From an uncultured Anaerolineales bacterium (lineage in GTDB: Bacteria; Chloroflexota; Anaerolineae; B4-G1; SLSP01): a stretch of DNA of 48,842 nucleotides. A program made the position numbers and the translations under genes. The stretch lies in contig CAZEXX010000003.1 of NCBI GenBank assembly GCA_964516885.1, positions 1 to 48,842 of the forward strand, read 5' to 3'. Positions 9,340-18,244 of this stretch are shown here, in pieces; the stretch's first letter is position 1, and every line of letters starts with the position of its first letter. The notes below the pieces were generated by a model. It made no database searches and was not told the DNA's origin. It worked only from the letters and a program-made list of their open reading frames with translations.

Positions 9340-10926
9340 GTGGGTCGGCAGTCCGTTGACCTTGGCAAATCCCCAACTTGTGGCATACTGCCCGCCGTGG
9401 AGACAATAACTATCCAGGCAACCGACGACCGCTACACGGTCCGGGAAACACTCCGCCGCGTTGACGACACACAGGTCCTCGTGACACTTCCCTGGGAAGC
9501 AGACCAGGGCTGGTCTCTGGCTATGGACTTCGAGATCCAACGCCGCGTCGCCCAGAGCCGCAACCTGGACATGGCCTGGATCATTGAAGATCCGGAACGG
9601 CGCGGAGTGGCGCGCAAGGCCGGCCTGCCGGTCTTCCGCTCGGAAGCTGCAGCTCAAAGACACCTGGAGAAGCATCAGCGCTTTCCTGTCGCCAAGCATG
9701 AGGTCATGCCCGACCGTCCCAGATTGCCCTGGTGGGCACCTACCCCCCGCCGCCCCAAGGCACCCTCCCAACAGAGTCCGCCGGTCTGGCTGCTTGCCCT
9801 TGAGGCAGTTGTCCTTATCGTCGTCCTTTTCGCGGTGGGCGTCGCGTTCCTGTTGGCGGTGCCTTCAGCCGAGATCATCATCCATCCCGCGAGCACGGAC
9901 TACACTAGAATCGTCATGGTCTCAGTCGATCCCAACGCCGAGGTGGTTGATCTCGATCTTGGCGTCATACCCTCCCAGAGGATCGGCGACGAGTTTGAGG
10001 GCTACGCAGAGATCGTCACCAGCGGGCGAGGCTACGCGATCTCCGGTCGCGCGTCCGGGAGCGTCCTCTTCACGAACTTGCTGGGTCAGGACTATCAGGT
10101 TCCCGCAAGCACCGTGGTCCGGACGTCAGCAGGCTCCTACCCCGTCAGATACAGCACCACGGCCGACGTCACCGTGCCGGCTTTCGGGCAAGCAGCAGCA
10201 CCGATCGAGGCTCTGGCGGAAGGGCCGCGGGGTAACGTGGACGCCTACCAGATCAATCTCATTGAGGGCGTTGTCGGGTTCGCCGTGCGCGTCACCAACC
10301 CCGAACCCATTGCCGGCGCCGAGAGCAACACCGTTCGCACAGTCTCAGAAGAGGACCGCGACCGCGTCCGGAACCTTGCAGCACAGCAGATCATCGCCGA
10401 GGCGTACAATGGGCTCCAGGTACTGGCATCCGATGTTCTGGGACGCTTCTTGCCCCGGCAGACGTTGATCGTGCAGTCTGCCCCAAAGGCCGGTTATACC
10501 CACCTGGTCGGAGAGCAGACTGATATCCTGGGGCTTTCGCTACGTCTATTGGTCACCGGAGAGTCCGTGCAGGCCCGCGATGCCCAGGCCATCGCTTACA
10601 GTCACTTGGTCGCCCAATTACCCGACGGCTACACGCTCACCGACGCGCGCTACGAGTACGGCGAAGCAGCCGAAGAGCAGATCGGCCCGGGTCTGTTCAC
10701 GTTCTTCGTGACCGCGCACGGTCACGCCACCGCCAAGATCAACACCGAGGACGTGATGGCGCTGGTCCAGGGCGCTCCCATTGAGGAAGCCCAGGCCAGG
10801 CTTGTGGAATCCCTGCCGCTGTCACGGCCTCCGGAGGTCACAGTCACGCCTTCTTGGTTCCCGTATCTACCCTTTGTCGATGTCAACACTCACGTTGAGA
10901 TCATCCCGGGACGGATGACACCCTAA
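9340..10926 (+). CDS. single-pass membrane protein with an extracytoplasmic baseplate J/gp47-like domain
   Basis: 528-aa ORF starting 5 nt after the kinase stop. TM segment VWLLALEAVVLIVVLFAVGVAFLLAV. Baseplate_J-like stretch AEGPRGNVDAYQINLIEGVVGFAVRVTNPEPIAGAESNTVRTVSEEDRDRVR. Start ambiguous (GTG 9340 or GTG 9397) and neither has a clear SD. Confidence 0.6.
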   Translation: MGRQSVDLGKSPTCGILPAVETITIQATDDRYTVRETLRRVDDTQVLVTLPWEADQGWSLAMDFEIQRRVAQSRNLDMAWIIEDPERRGVARKAGLPVFRSEAAAQRHLEKHQRFPVAKHEVMPDRPRLPWWAPTPRRPKAPSQQSPPVWLLALEAVVLIVVLFAVGVAFLLAVPSAEIIIHPASTDYTRIVMVSVDPNAEVVDLDLGVIPSQRIGDEFEGYAEIVTSGRGYAISGRASGSVLFTNLLGQDYQVPASTVVRTSAGSYPVRYSTTADVTVPAFGQAAAPIEALAEGPRGNVDAYQINLIEGVVGFAVRVTNPEPIAGAESNTVRTVSEEDRDRVRNLAAQQIIAEAYNGLQVLASDVLGRFLPRQTLIVQSAPKAGYTHLVGEQTDILGLSLRLLVTGESVQARDAQAIAYSHLVAQLPDGYTLTDARYEYGEAAEEQIGPGLFTFFVTAHGHATAKINTEDVMALVQGAPIEEAQARLVESLPLSRPPEVTVTPSWFPYLPFVDVNTHVEIIPGRMTP

Positions 10927-11004
10927 CCGGCACAGGCAAGAGGCGTCACGAACAGCGTGGGTTCTCGTTCCCGTGAGCCCAGGCGCCTAAGCACAGGACA
11001 ATGT

Positions 11005-11412
11005 ATGCGCACCCTAGCTCTGGATCTTGGTGACCGACGTATCGGCGTGGCGATCAGCGACACGCTGGGTATGTTCGCGCGTCCGCTGGAGGTGTTTCAG
11101 CGCACATCGCGCGTGGACGACTTCGCCCACACCCAAGCCCTCATCGAAAAACACCAGGTGCAATCGGTCGTGGCGGGACTCCCGCTCAACATGGACGGCA
11201 CCGAAGGTCGACAAGCGGAGTGGGTCCGCGACTATACGTCGGCACTGGGGGAAGCCATCTCCATGCCCGTCATCCTCTGGGATGAACGTCTCACCACCGA
11301 AGAGGCGAAGGATATCCTTCGCGCTCAGGGGAAGAGGCCGAGCAAGGACTGGATTGACGCGGTCGCAGCGGCCGTCATCCTGCAGAGCTACCTGGACGCA
11401 CAGATCGCATAG
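11005..11412 (+). CDS. ruvX: Holliday junction resolvase-like protein RuvX/YqgF
   Basis: MRTLALDLGDRRIGVAISD..., ~135 aa, typical YqgF N-terminus. The ORF track extends to 10957. Confidence 0.9.
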   Translation: MRTLALDLGDRRIGVAISDTLGMFARPLEVFQRTSRVDDFAHTQALIEKHQVQSVVAGLPLNMDGTEGRQAEWVRDYTSALGEAISMPVILWDERLTTEEAKDILRAQGKRPSKDWIDAVAAAVILQSYLDAQIA

Positions 11413-11515
11413 CACAGGCGCTGCCTTGGGGCGGGGGAAGTGCGACTGTGCTACAGGTCGCCACACACAGGGCCGGGCGCAGCGCCGAAATGGCAGCGAA
11501 AGGAACTTCACGACA

Positions 11516-12610
11516 ATGAAGCGTTGGCTAAGACTTACTCTATGTCTGCTCGCACTCGTGTTCCTTATGGCATGCGAGCTGCAGACACTCTATCTTGAGG
11601 CATACATCGAGAGCAACCAGGAAGCCCTGGATACTCCTATCGGCAGTGATGGTTCCCCGGTCACGTTCGAAGTTAGGCCGGGCCAGAGCATCGAAGAGAT
11701 CGCGGGGAATCTGAAGGCCCACCATCTCATCGCCGATACAGAGCTGTTCCGGCGCTACGTCCAGGTCGAGCACCTGGATGCCGGGATCCAGGCCGGCACT
11801 TACGAGCTCCGGCAGACGATGACGATCCCTGAGATCGCTCAGGCGCTGCAGACCGCGCTGGCGCCTGAGCAGCAGGTAACCATCCCGGAGGGTAAGCGGA
11901 TGGAGGAGGTCGCCGAGATAGTTGCAGAACAGACAGGTATCCCATCGGCCGACTTCCTGCAGATGGCCCAGAGCGGGTGGCGCGGGACAACGGTCGTGCA
12001 ATCATATACCTTCCTCGCGCACATCCCGTTGACGGGAACCCTTGAGGGGTTCCTCTTCCCTGATACCTACCGGCTGCCGCTGGACGCCGCCGCCATCGAT
12101 CTCATCGATCGTATGCTGGAGAACTTCGACCGCCAGGTTACCCCGGAGATACAGGAGAGCTTCGCGCAGCACGATATGACGCTCTATGAGGGGATCACAC
12201 TGGCTTCCCTCGTGGAGCGCGAGGCTGTGGTGGATGCAGAACGCGCCGTCATCGCCGGCGTCTACCATAACCGAGTGCGTGACGGCTGGTTCCTCTCCGC
12301 CTGCCCGACAGTCCAGTACGCGCTGGGCTACCGTCCGGACGAAGAGAGCTGGTGGCAGCGCTTCCTGCTCTTTGAGGACCTGGAGATTGAGTCACCCTAC
12401 AACACCTATCGGCACCTCGGCCTTCCCCCGGGCCCCATCGCAAGCCCCGGATTGAGCGCTATCCAGGCCGCCGCCCACCCCGCAGAGACAGAGTTCTACT
12501 TCTTCATGGTGGACTGCAGCAAGGAGGACAGCAGTCACCTCTTCGCCGTCAGCGAGAACGAGCATCTGGCTAACTTCGCCCGCTGCGGCGGCGTGATCAC
12601 CTCGCCGTAG
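11516..12610 (+). CDS. mltG: endolytic murein transglycosylase MltG (YceG family), probable lipoprotein
   Basis: Signal/lipobox LALVFLMAC. YceG motifs GTYEL, ASLVEREA, VYHNR, SPYNTYRHLGLPPGPIASPG. The 5' part of ORF-track 11027.. overlaps ruvX in another frame. Confidence 0.9.
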   Translation: MKRWLRLTLCLLALVFLMACELQTLYLEAYIESNQEALDTPIGSDGSPVTFEVRPGQSIEEIAGNLKAHHLIADTELFRRYVQVEHLDAGIQAGTYELRQTMTIPEIAQALQTALAPEQQVTIPEGKRMEEVAEIVAEQTGIPSADFLQMAQSGWRGTTVVQSYTFLAHIPLTGTLEGFLFPDTYRLPLDAAAIDLIDRMLENFDRQVTPEIQESFAQHDMTLYEGITLASLVEREAVVDAERAVIAGVYHNRVRDGWFLSACPTVQYALGYRPDEESWWQRFLLFEDLEIESPYNTYRHLGLPPGPIASPGLSAIQAAAHPAETEFYFFMVDCSKEDSSHLFAVSENEHLANFARCGGVITSP

Positions 12611-12739
12611 CAGTCGGCACCAGAACAAAGCTACAACGCAAAGCACTCAAGAAGCAGAAGTACAAGGAAACCCTACGTCTTCTAGACGCCATATGGACCG
12701 CAGACGCATTCCACAGGGAGTCCTTGGGAGGAAGCAACT

Positions 12740-13573
12740 ATGAAAGCATTGGGAGGGAAGGTCGCGTTGGTCTCTGGAGCAAGCCGGGGCATAGGTAAAG
12801 GAATCGCTCTGGGACTCGGAGAGGCAGGCGCCACAGTCTACATTACAGGCAGAACTGTCGTCGAGGGCGAGGCTGCTTCAAAGCTCCCCGGTACAATCCA
12901 GCAGACCGTCGCAGAAGTCGAGGCCATCGGAGGGAAGTGCATCGCGGTTCGCTGCGATCACCGGAATGACGAGGAAGTCGAAGCCGTCTTTGCTCAGATC
13001 CGGAAGGAACAGGGTCGCCTGGATATTCTGGTCAACAATGTCTGGGGCGGGTATGAGCACTTCAGCAATGGTACCGAGTTCTGGAAAGAAAGCGGATTCT
13101 GGGATGCGCCCATTTCACGCTGGGATACGATGTTCCAGGCTGGAGTCCGAGCTCACTACGCATGCAGCGTGCTGGCAGCACCATTGATGATCGCGCAGAC
13201 CCAAGGCCTGATCGTCAACATCTCGTTCTTCGCCGCGCAGCTCGACAACAAAGGCGTTGCCTATGGCGTGGCAAAGGCTGCCTCTGATCGCATGGCAGCC
13301 TGCATGGCGCACGAGCTCCGCGAGCACGGTATCGCCGCGGTATCCCTGTATCCTGGTTTAGTGCGTACTGAATCAGTGCTGAGGGCGGGATTCGATCTCA
13401 GCAACTCCGAGTCACCACACTTCATCGGCAGAGCTATAGCAGCGCTTGCGGCTGACCCGCTGATCATGGAGAAGACCGGCCAAGTGCTAGTGGCAGCTGC
13501 CCTCGCGCGCGAGTACGGCTTCACCGATCTCGACGGCAAGCAGCCAGTACCCTTGACGATAGACGATATGTGA
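12740..13573 (+). CDS. short-chain dehydrogenase/reductase (SDR) family oxidoreductase
   Basis: GASRGIGKGIA dinucleotide motif and YGVAK (YxxxK) catalytic motif. SD GGGAGGA upstream. Confidence 0.9.
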   Translation: MKALGGKVALVSGASRGIGKGIALGLGEAGATVYITGRTVVEGEAASKLPGTIQQTVAEVEAIGGKCIAVRCDHRNDEEVEAVFAQIRKEQGRLDILVNNVWGGYEHFSNGTEFWKESGFWDAPISRWDTMFQAGVRAHYACSVLAAPLMIAQTQGLIVNISFFAAQLDNKGVAYGVAKAASDRMAACMAHELREHGIAAVSLYPGLVRTESVLRAGFDLSNSESPHFIGRAIAALAADPLIMEKTGQVLVAAALAREYGFTDLDGKQPVPLTIDDM

Positions 13574-13614
13574 TACCTGACACACCATCGACAGAGTATA
13601 GGAGGTTCACCACC

Positions 13615-14688
13615 ATGACCCAGACATCCGGCATCGACTATGCGCCGAAAGGCAAGCCCCAGCCCGTGGTTGGGCCGGGGGCGTTCGGCTTCGCCGCCGT
13701 GGCCCTGGAACACGGGCACATCTTCGGGATGTGCAACGGCCTGATCGAGGCGGGCGCGGCGCTCAAATGGGTCTACGACCCCGACCCGACCAAGGTCCGC
13801 GCTTTCCTGGAACGCTTCCCCGGGACACCGGTCGCGGAGAGCGAGGCCCAGGTGTTGGAGGACGACGGCATCGCGCTGGTCGCCGGGGCCGCGATCCCCA
13901 GCGAGCGCGGCGACCTGGGGCTGCGCGTGCAGGCGCACGGCAAGCACTATTTCAGCGACAAGACGCCGTTCACGACGCTCGACCAGCTCGCGCGGGCGCG
14001 GGAGAGCGTGCAGGAGACCGGGCTCAAGTGGTATGTCTACTTCAGCGAGCGGCTGCACGTCGAGGGGGCGGTGATGGCGGGGCAGTTGATCGACGAGGGC
14101 CGCATCGGGCGGGTCCTGCAGGTGGTTAACCTGGCGCCGCACCGGCTGGACAAAGCCCGGCGCCCCGATTGGTTCTGGCGGCGGGAGAAAGTCGGCGGCA
14201 TCCTCTGCGACATCGGCAGCCACCAGATCGAGCAGTTTCTGCACTACGCAGGGGCGAAGGACGCGGAGGTGCTGCACGCCAAGGTCGCCAACTACGCTAA
14301 CCCCGATAAACCGGAGTTCGAGGATTTCGGCGACGCGACGCTCCTGGCCGACAACGGCACCACGCAGTATCTGCGGGTGGATTGGTTCAATCCCGACGGG
14401 CTACGTACGTGGGGCGATGGTCGCCTCTTTGTCCTGGGCACTGAGGGCAGCATAGAGGTCCGGAAGTATATCGACGTAGCCCGCGAGGGTGGCGGCAACC
14501 ACGTTTTCCTGATCACGCACGAAGCGGAGCGCTACATCGACGCCACTGGAAAGACGGGGTTCCCCTTCTTCGGCCAGTTCATCCTCGACTGCCTCAACGG
14601 CACCGAGGTATCGATGACGCAGCGCCACGTCTTCACGGCGGCGGAGCTGTGCCTGGAGGCGCAGGAGCAGGCGATCCACATCGCGTAA
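13615..14688 (+). CDS. Gfo/Idh/MocA family oxidoreductase
   Basis: ~357 aa. Family-like layout with a DKTP (EKP-like) motif after the N-terminal Rossmann region. ATG 13615 follows TAGGAGG; the ORF track starts at 13570. Confidence 0.7.
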   Translation: MTQTSGIDYAPKGKPQPVVGPGAFGFAAVALEHGHIFGMCNGLIEAGAALKWVYDPDPTKVRAFLERFPGTPVAESEAQVLEDDGIALVAGAAIPSERGDLGLRVQAHGKHYFSDKTPFTTLDQLARARESVQETGLKWYVYFSERLHVEGAVMAGQLIDEGRIGRVLQVVNLAPHRLDKARRPDWFWRREKVGGILCDIGSHQIEQFLHYAGAKDAEVLHAKVANYANPDKPEFEDFGDATLLADNGTTQYLRVDWFNPDGLRTWGDGRLFVLGTEGSIEVRKYIDVAREGGGNHVFLITHEAERYIDATGKTGFPFFGQFILDCLNGTEVSMTQRHVFTAAELCLEAQEQAIHIA

Positions 14689-14974
14689 AAGACAAAGCTT
14701 CCACAGATTAGGTAGATTGTCATAGCCAGCAGTCGACCGATCCACCACAGACGGTTCAGCGTTCGGAAGAGCGCTCCAGGTGGCCAGCAATGTGACGTGG
14801 GCAGAAGAAGGGCGGGCTGAGATCACGATAAGTGGCCTCTTCCCGCCCACTGAAGTTGGATTGTCGGCAAGTACTTCGAAAGGGCTTGGGGCCCTCGGCG
14901 TATTCTACGCTGCCTTGTCATCCTGCGTGGTGTGCTATGCGCACATAACGTCCATCCCGAAGCTGACATCCTCG

Positions 14975-16546
14975 TTACGGTGCCGCCGGTGGGGGTGTCG
15001 GCGTTGGACGCCAGTAGGCAGTGCCGGTGCCTGTGCACGGGTTGTAGTTCGCACCCAGAATCACCTGGAAATCCACCGCGCTGCCCTCGGTCGGCTGTGA
15101 GATCACGTCTCCTTGCTGGAGCTTATAGAGGCTGATAAGCCGGTACAGCGGAGAGCCCTTCGCCGTCGTGGTGAAGTCCACGACCCGCGTGCGGGGCTCC
15201 GGCGGGATGTCCTCCAGCGCCGTCACCTCAAGGCCCTCCAGCCTCAGGCGGTACGCCGCGACCTCGCCGAAGACCCGGGACCAACTGCCGTTGGAGACAA
15301 CGACCGTGTAGCTGCGCTGGGAAGCTCGGCTGGTTGACAGCGGGCGCATCGCATTCTGGACCAATTCCTGAACAGCCTCAAGGTTCGGGACCAGCACATA
15401 GCCTCCGTTGGGCGCAGTCCAGGACGTGATCACCCCTGTGCCACGAACAAACGTGTTGTAGATGCTTTGCTCGTCCAAGCGCCCGGCTACCGAAGCCAGC
15501 GAGATCAGTTCCCCGAGCCCCAGATCCGTCTCAACGCTCTCCCTATAGGCATCCCATAGCTCCGGTGCACGCACCAGCATGTTCGCGCTCCGTGCCTGAT
15601 GTAGGATTGCCATCAGCACTTGCTGTTGGCGCCGATGGCGGTCGAAATCCGAGGTATCCCAGCGCGACCGGACGTACCACAATGCAAACTTCCCATCCAG
15701 ATGATGCAGCCCCGGCTCAAGATCGATGTCTGTCTGTCCGGTCTCCGACGCGGGATCGGGATAGGTATCGTGGAGGGGGCACTCGACGATCACGTCAACA
15801 CCGCCCACGGCATCCACGATGGTCTGGTAGCTGGCAAAATCCACCAGCGCATAGTAGTGGATCGGCACGCCAAAGTTGTACTCCACCGTCACCCTCGTCA
15901 GCGCCGACCCGCCACCGGGATAGTTGACCTTGTGGGCACGGGCATAAGCCGTATTGATCTTGTCCAGTCCCCAGGCCGGAATCCAGGCGTAGTAATCGCG
16001 CGGGATCGACAGCAGGCTCACAGCGGGCTCATCAGGGAAGATGGATGCGATCACCATCACGTCGGTCAGTCCTCCGCCCTGCCCCGTCCTGCGATCCATC
16101 CCCAACAACAGGATGTTCACGGTGCCGTCCGGCTGCTCAACCAGGGGCATCGGCGACGGCTGGGGCAGCGGTGAGGTCACCACCGAGGTGTTCGCCATCG
16201 GCGGCAACGGTTCACTGAAAGGCAATGCGATGGGCGGCGGCGTGGGTGTATCGGTCGGGATCGCAGTCTCCGTGGGCGCCGGCGTGGGTGAGGATGTCTG
16301 TGTCGGCACCGGCGTCAGGGTCCACGTTGGAGGAAGGTCTGATGGCGTCGCATCTGGAGCAACCTGCACATCAGTGGGCGGAGGGACTTCCTCGGTTGGC
16401 GTGGGCGCGGGTCGGGTCGGCGTCACTACCGTCGGACCGCTAGCAGGCGGATCTATCGCCCAAGCGGCCACGCCGACAGCGATCAGCAGCACCGCACCAA
16501 TCAGAACAACCCACTTGAACACCTCAACCCAGCGACCCATGCGCAA
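14975..16546 (-). CDS. LytR-CpsA-Psr (LCP) family cell-envelope phosphotransferase
   Basis: N-terminal TM segment, Pro/Thr-rich linker, LCP core (ILLLGMDRR, GLTDVMVIASI, LLSIPRDYY, DKINTAYA) and a C-terminal LytR_C-like extension. Confidence 0.85.
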   Translation of the reverse strand: MRMGRWVEVFKWVVLIGAVLLIAVGVAAWAIDPPASGPTVVTPTRPAPTPTEEVPPPTDVQVAPDATPSDLPPTWTLTPVPTQTSSPTPAPTETAIPTDTPTPPPIALPFSEPLPPMANTSVVTSPLPQPSPMPLVEQPDGTVNILLLGMDRRTGQGGGLTDVMVIASIFPDEPAVSLLSIPRDYYAWIPAWGLDKINTAYARAHKVNYPGGGSALTRVTVEYNFGVPIHYYALVDFASYQTIVDAVGGVDVIVECPLHDTYPDPASETGQTDIDLEPGLHHLDGKFALWYVRSRWDTSDFDRHRRQQQVLMAILHQARSANMLVRAPELWDAYRESVETDLGLGELISLASVAGRLDEQSIYNTFVRGTGVITSWTAPNGGYVLVPNLEAVQELVQNAMRPLSTSRASQRSYTVVVSNGSWSRVFGEVAAYRLRLEGLEVTALEDIPPEPRTRVVDFTTTAKGSPLYRLISLYKLQQGDVISQPTEGSAVDFQVILGANYNPCTGTGTAYWRPTPTPPPAAP

Positions 16547-16645
16547 TGCACCTCAGGACCTCGTCACCAAAGACGGATGATAGCACTGCATCTTAACACA
16601 CCCACGAAGATCATCAAGAGATACCGGCAGACACGATGATTGTGG

Positions 16646-16674
16646 TTGACCTGCACACCACCACGAAGTAACAT
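16646..16674 (+). promoter_or_regulatory. candidate promoter of yraN (near-leaderless)
   Basis: TTGACC (16646-16651), 17-nt spacer, TAACAT (16669-16674). The ATG is 8 nt past the -10 and no SD is present. Confidence 0.3.
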
Positions 16675-16682
16675 GAGTTCAC

Positions 16683-17078
16683 ATGGCACGAGGAAGGACC
16701 GGTCTCGGAAGACGTGGAGAGAGCCTGGCTGCCCGAGCGCTGCAGCAGGGCGGTTACGCCGTGGTAGAGCGAAACTGGTGGTGCCCCCACGGCGAAGTGG
16801 ATCTCATCGCCAAGTGCGGCGAAGATCTCTACTTCATCGAGGTTCGGACCCGGCGCGCGAGTGCTTATCCCACGCCGGAACAGAGCCTAACCCAGCGAAA
16901 ATACGCGCGTATGGAAATGGTCGCCCGCGCCTACCTGGGGACCCACGCCACAGGAAAGCCCATGACCTGGCACCTCAGCTTTGTGGCCGTGGCGATGGAT
17001 CGCGGCGGGCGGTTGCGTCGGATCACCTTCTATCCCGACCTGACCGGAGAGCCGCACGACCTCTTCCAACATCCCTAG
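16683..17078 (+). CDS. yraN: YraN family (UPF0102) endonuclease-like protein
   Basis: 131 aa. GRRGESLAARALQQGGYAVVERNWWCPHGEVDLIA...LYFIEVRTR matches the UPF0102 pattern. Confidence 0.85.
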   Translation: MARGRTGLGRRGESLAARALQQGGYAVVERNWWCPHGEVDLIAKCGEDLYFIEVRTRRASAYPTPEQSLTQRKYARMEMVARAYLGTHATGKPMTWHLSFVAVAMDRGGRLRRITFYPDLTGEPHDLFQHP

Positions 17079-17105
17079 ATCCGCGCCGGCAGGCTCACGC
17101 CGCCT

Positions 17106-17771
17106 CTAGGGCTGATAGGTGTAGAGCTCGTCCTGTACATTGGAGCGGGAGACCACACTAGGTGTAGGGTAAGTCGCCTCAACTCCGACAGCCTGGTAGA
17201 TGACGATACGGAAGATCGCGCGTGTGGGGTCATCCCACGAGGGCAGCGCGTAGCGTGTCATCACATAGGCATCCTGGCTCGAGCCCTTGATCCACGGATC
17301 CATCACCTTGATGTCGTGGTCGTACCACGCCAAGGCGCGCACCCAGTGCTGCTGTGTTGCCGCCCCCGGCGAGAAGTCCACGTGGATCGCGGCGAAACAA
17401 CCCTCTGTGTTGAGAGCTTCCTCCAGATCGTCCAGGGGCGCCGGCCTCTTGCGTGCATCGATGTAATCAACCAACTTCACACCCAACGGCCCCAGCGAGT
17501 CAAAGACATAGAGACTCCGCTCCTTGGTCTGGCTGAGCGGCGCAACAAAGCCCCCGTTCCGGGCCAACCACCGGGTCAGGCGGGGTGGATCTGCCGGCAG
17601 CCCCTGGATCGACACTCCTGCATCGGTGAGCCCCGATGCAATCGAGCAGAGCAGGCACCCATTGGCGCCGATAGTTGTACTGCTCACGCCCAGCATCACG
17701 CGATTCCAGCTATCATCGAGCTGTGAATATCCTGTGTAGGTTACCTTTGGACTCTCGGTCTTGTCTGCCAT
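17106..17771 (-). CDS. hypothetical protein, possible papain-like (C39-like) cysteine peptidase
   Basis: Candidate Cys-His pair: IGANGCLLCSIASGL ... QQHWVRALAW. ATG 17771 follows GAGGTGA; the ORF track starts at GTG 17795. Confidence 0.45.
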   Translation of the reverse strand: MADKTESPKVTYTGYSQLDDSWNRVMLGVSSTTIGANGCLLCSIASGLTDAGVSIQGLPADPPRLTRWLARNGGFVAPLSQTKERSLYVFDSLGPLGVKLVDYIDARKRPAPLDDLEEALNTEGCFAAIHVDFSPGAATQQHWVRALAWYDHDIKVMDPWIKGSSQDAYVMTRYALPSWDDPTRAIFRIVIYQAVGVEATYPTPSVVSRSNVQDELYTYQP

Positions 17772-17795
17772 CCGCTCACCTCGTACGTTGGGCAC

Positions 17796-18244
17796 TTCCG
17801 CAAAGTGGGATACGGTCTTGTGACTGATAGTAGTCCATCACGCCACATTGGCAAGTCACCGGACGTGTCTCACTTTGGAGGCAGTAGCCAGGTATGTCTT
17901 TGTGCAACCTGACCGCCAAGCTGCGTGCCTCGGAATAGACGCCACGTGCGCATACAACCACCACCCCGGCATGAAAATGCTGCCACGAACCCACAGGATT
18001 CACCGGATGGCCGGGCACGACGGCTTGTCCTCAAGGGGGAGCCCAGCCTACACGCAGGTCCTATGTAGGTCAAGCTGTTAGCTTGACTATCTGCTCGGTC
18101 TTACAGGGTGCCGTTTCCGAAGTAGTCAAGCGACTACCTGATGAACTGACGACGAGCCTTCCTTGGGCATTTGCCCCTGTGCCGAAACACGCCTGAAGCC
18201 CTCCGCGGCCTTGTTTTCACGGCTACTCCCAGTAGAATAGCCGT
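17796..18244. other. unusually long (~450 nt) non-coding spacer rich in perfect hairpins
   Basis: Only short W/C/R-rich ORFs. Hairpins GTCAAGCT/AGCTTGAC (18069-18087), GTAGTC/GACTAC (18122-18137) and CACGGCTA/TAGCCGTG (18218-18245); the last abuts the miaA GTG start. Confidence 0.5.
18063..18101. repeat. diverged copy of the 39-nt hairpin repeat also found at 43389 and 43522
   Basis: atgtaggtcaagctgttagcttgactatctgctcggtct matches about 30 of 39 positions of the 43522 copy. Both stem differences preserve pairing. Confidence 0.6.

Noticed and set aside
9340-10926. The baseplate J-like gene as evidence of a prophage, tailocin or contractile injection system
   Set aside because: No sheath, tube, spike, tape-measure, integrase or other phage genes are present. 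The flanks are a sensor kinase and ruvX-mltG.
11027-11515. 5' extensions of ORF-track entries (11027.. for mltG, 10957.., 13570.., 23046.., 30254.., 39998.., 35872, 38867, 42573, 48244)
   Set aside because: The extensions overlap the preceding gene or lack an SD. Internal starts with good SD sequences and family-typical N-termini were preferred.
12677-12687. Shared 11-mer GTCTTCTAGAC after mltG and (reverse complement) after groEL at 35474-35484. Also recurring GTAG.TCAAGC-like strings (18064, 18122, 44784, 38934)
   Set aside because: Matches of 8-11 nt are expected by chance hundreds of times in about 49 kb on both strands. Only the 39-nt family is statistically meaningful.
14689-14974. The 286-nt convergent spacer after the Gfo/Idh/MocA gene, checked for a tRNA, sRNA or small ORF
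   Set aside because: There is no T-loop or anticodon-arm pattern. Only a weak 7-bp stem (GGGCGGG...CCCGCCC) with a 25-nt loop is present, and the overlapping ORF at 14780-15100 runs into the LCP gene.
17796-18244. The long spacer as RNase P RNA, tmRNA, SRP RNA or 6S RNA
   Set aside because: Hallmark strings (GAGGAAAGUCC, the tmRNA tag reading frame and tRNA-like 3' end, the SRP domain IV motif) were not found on either strand.
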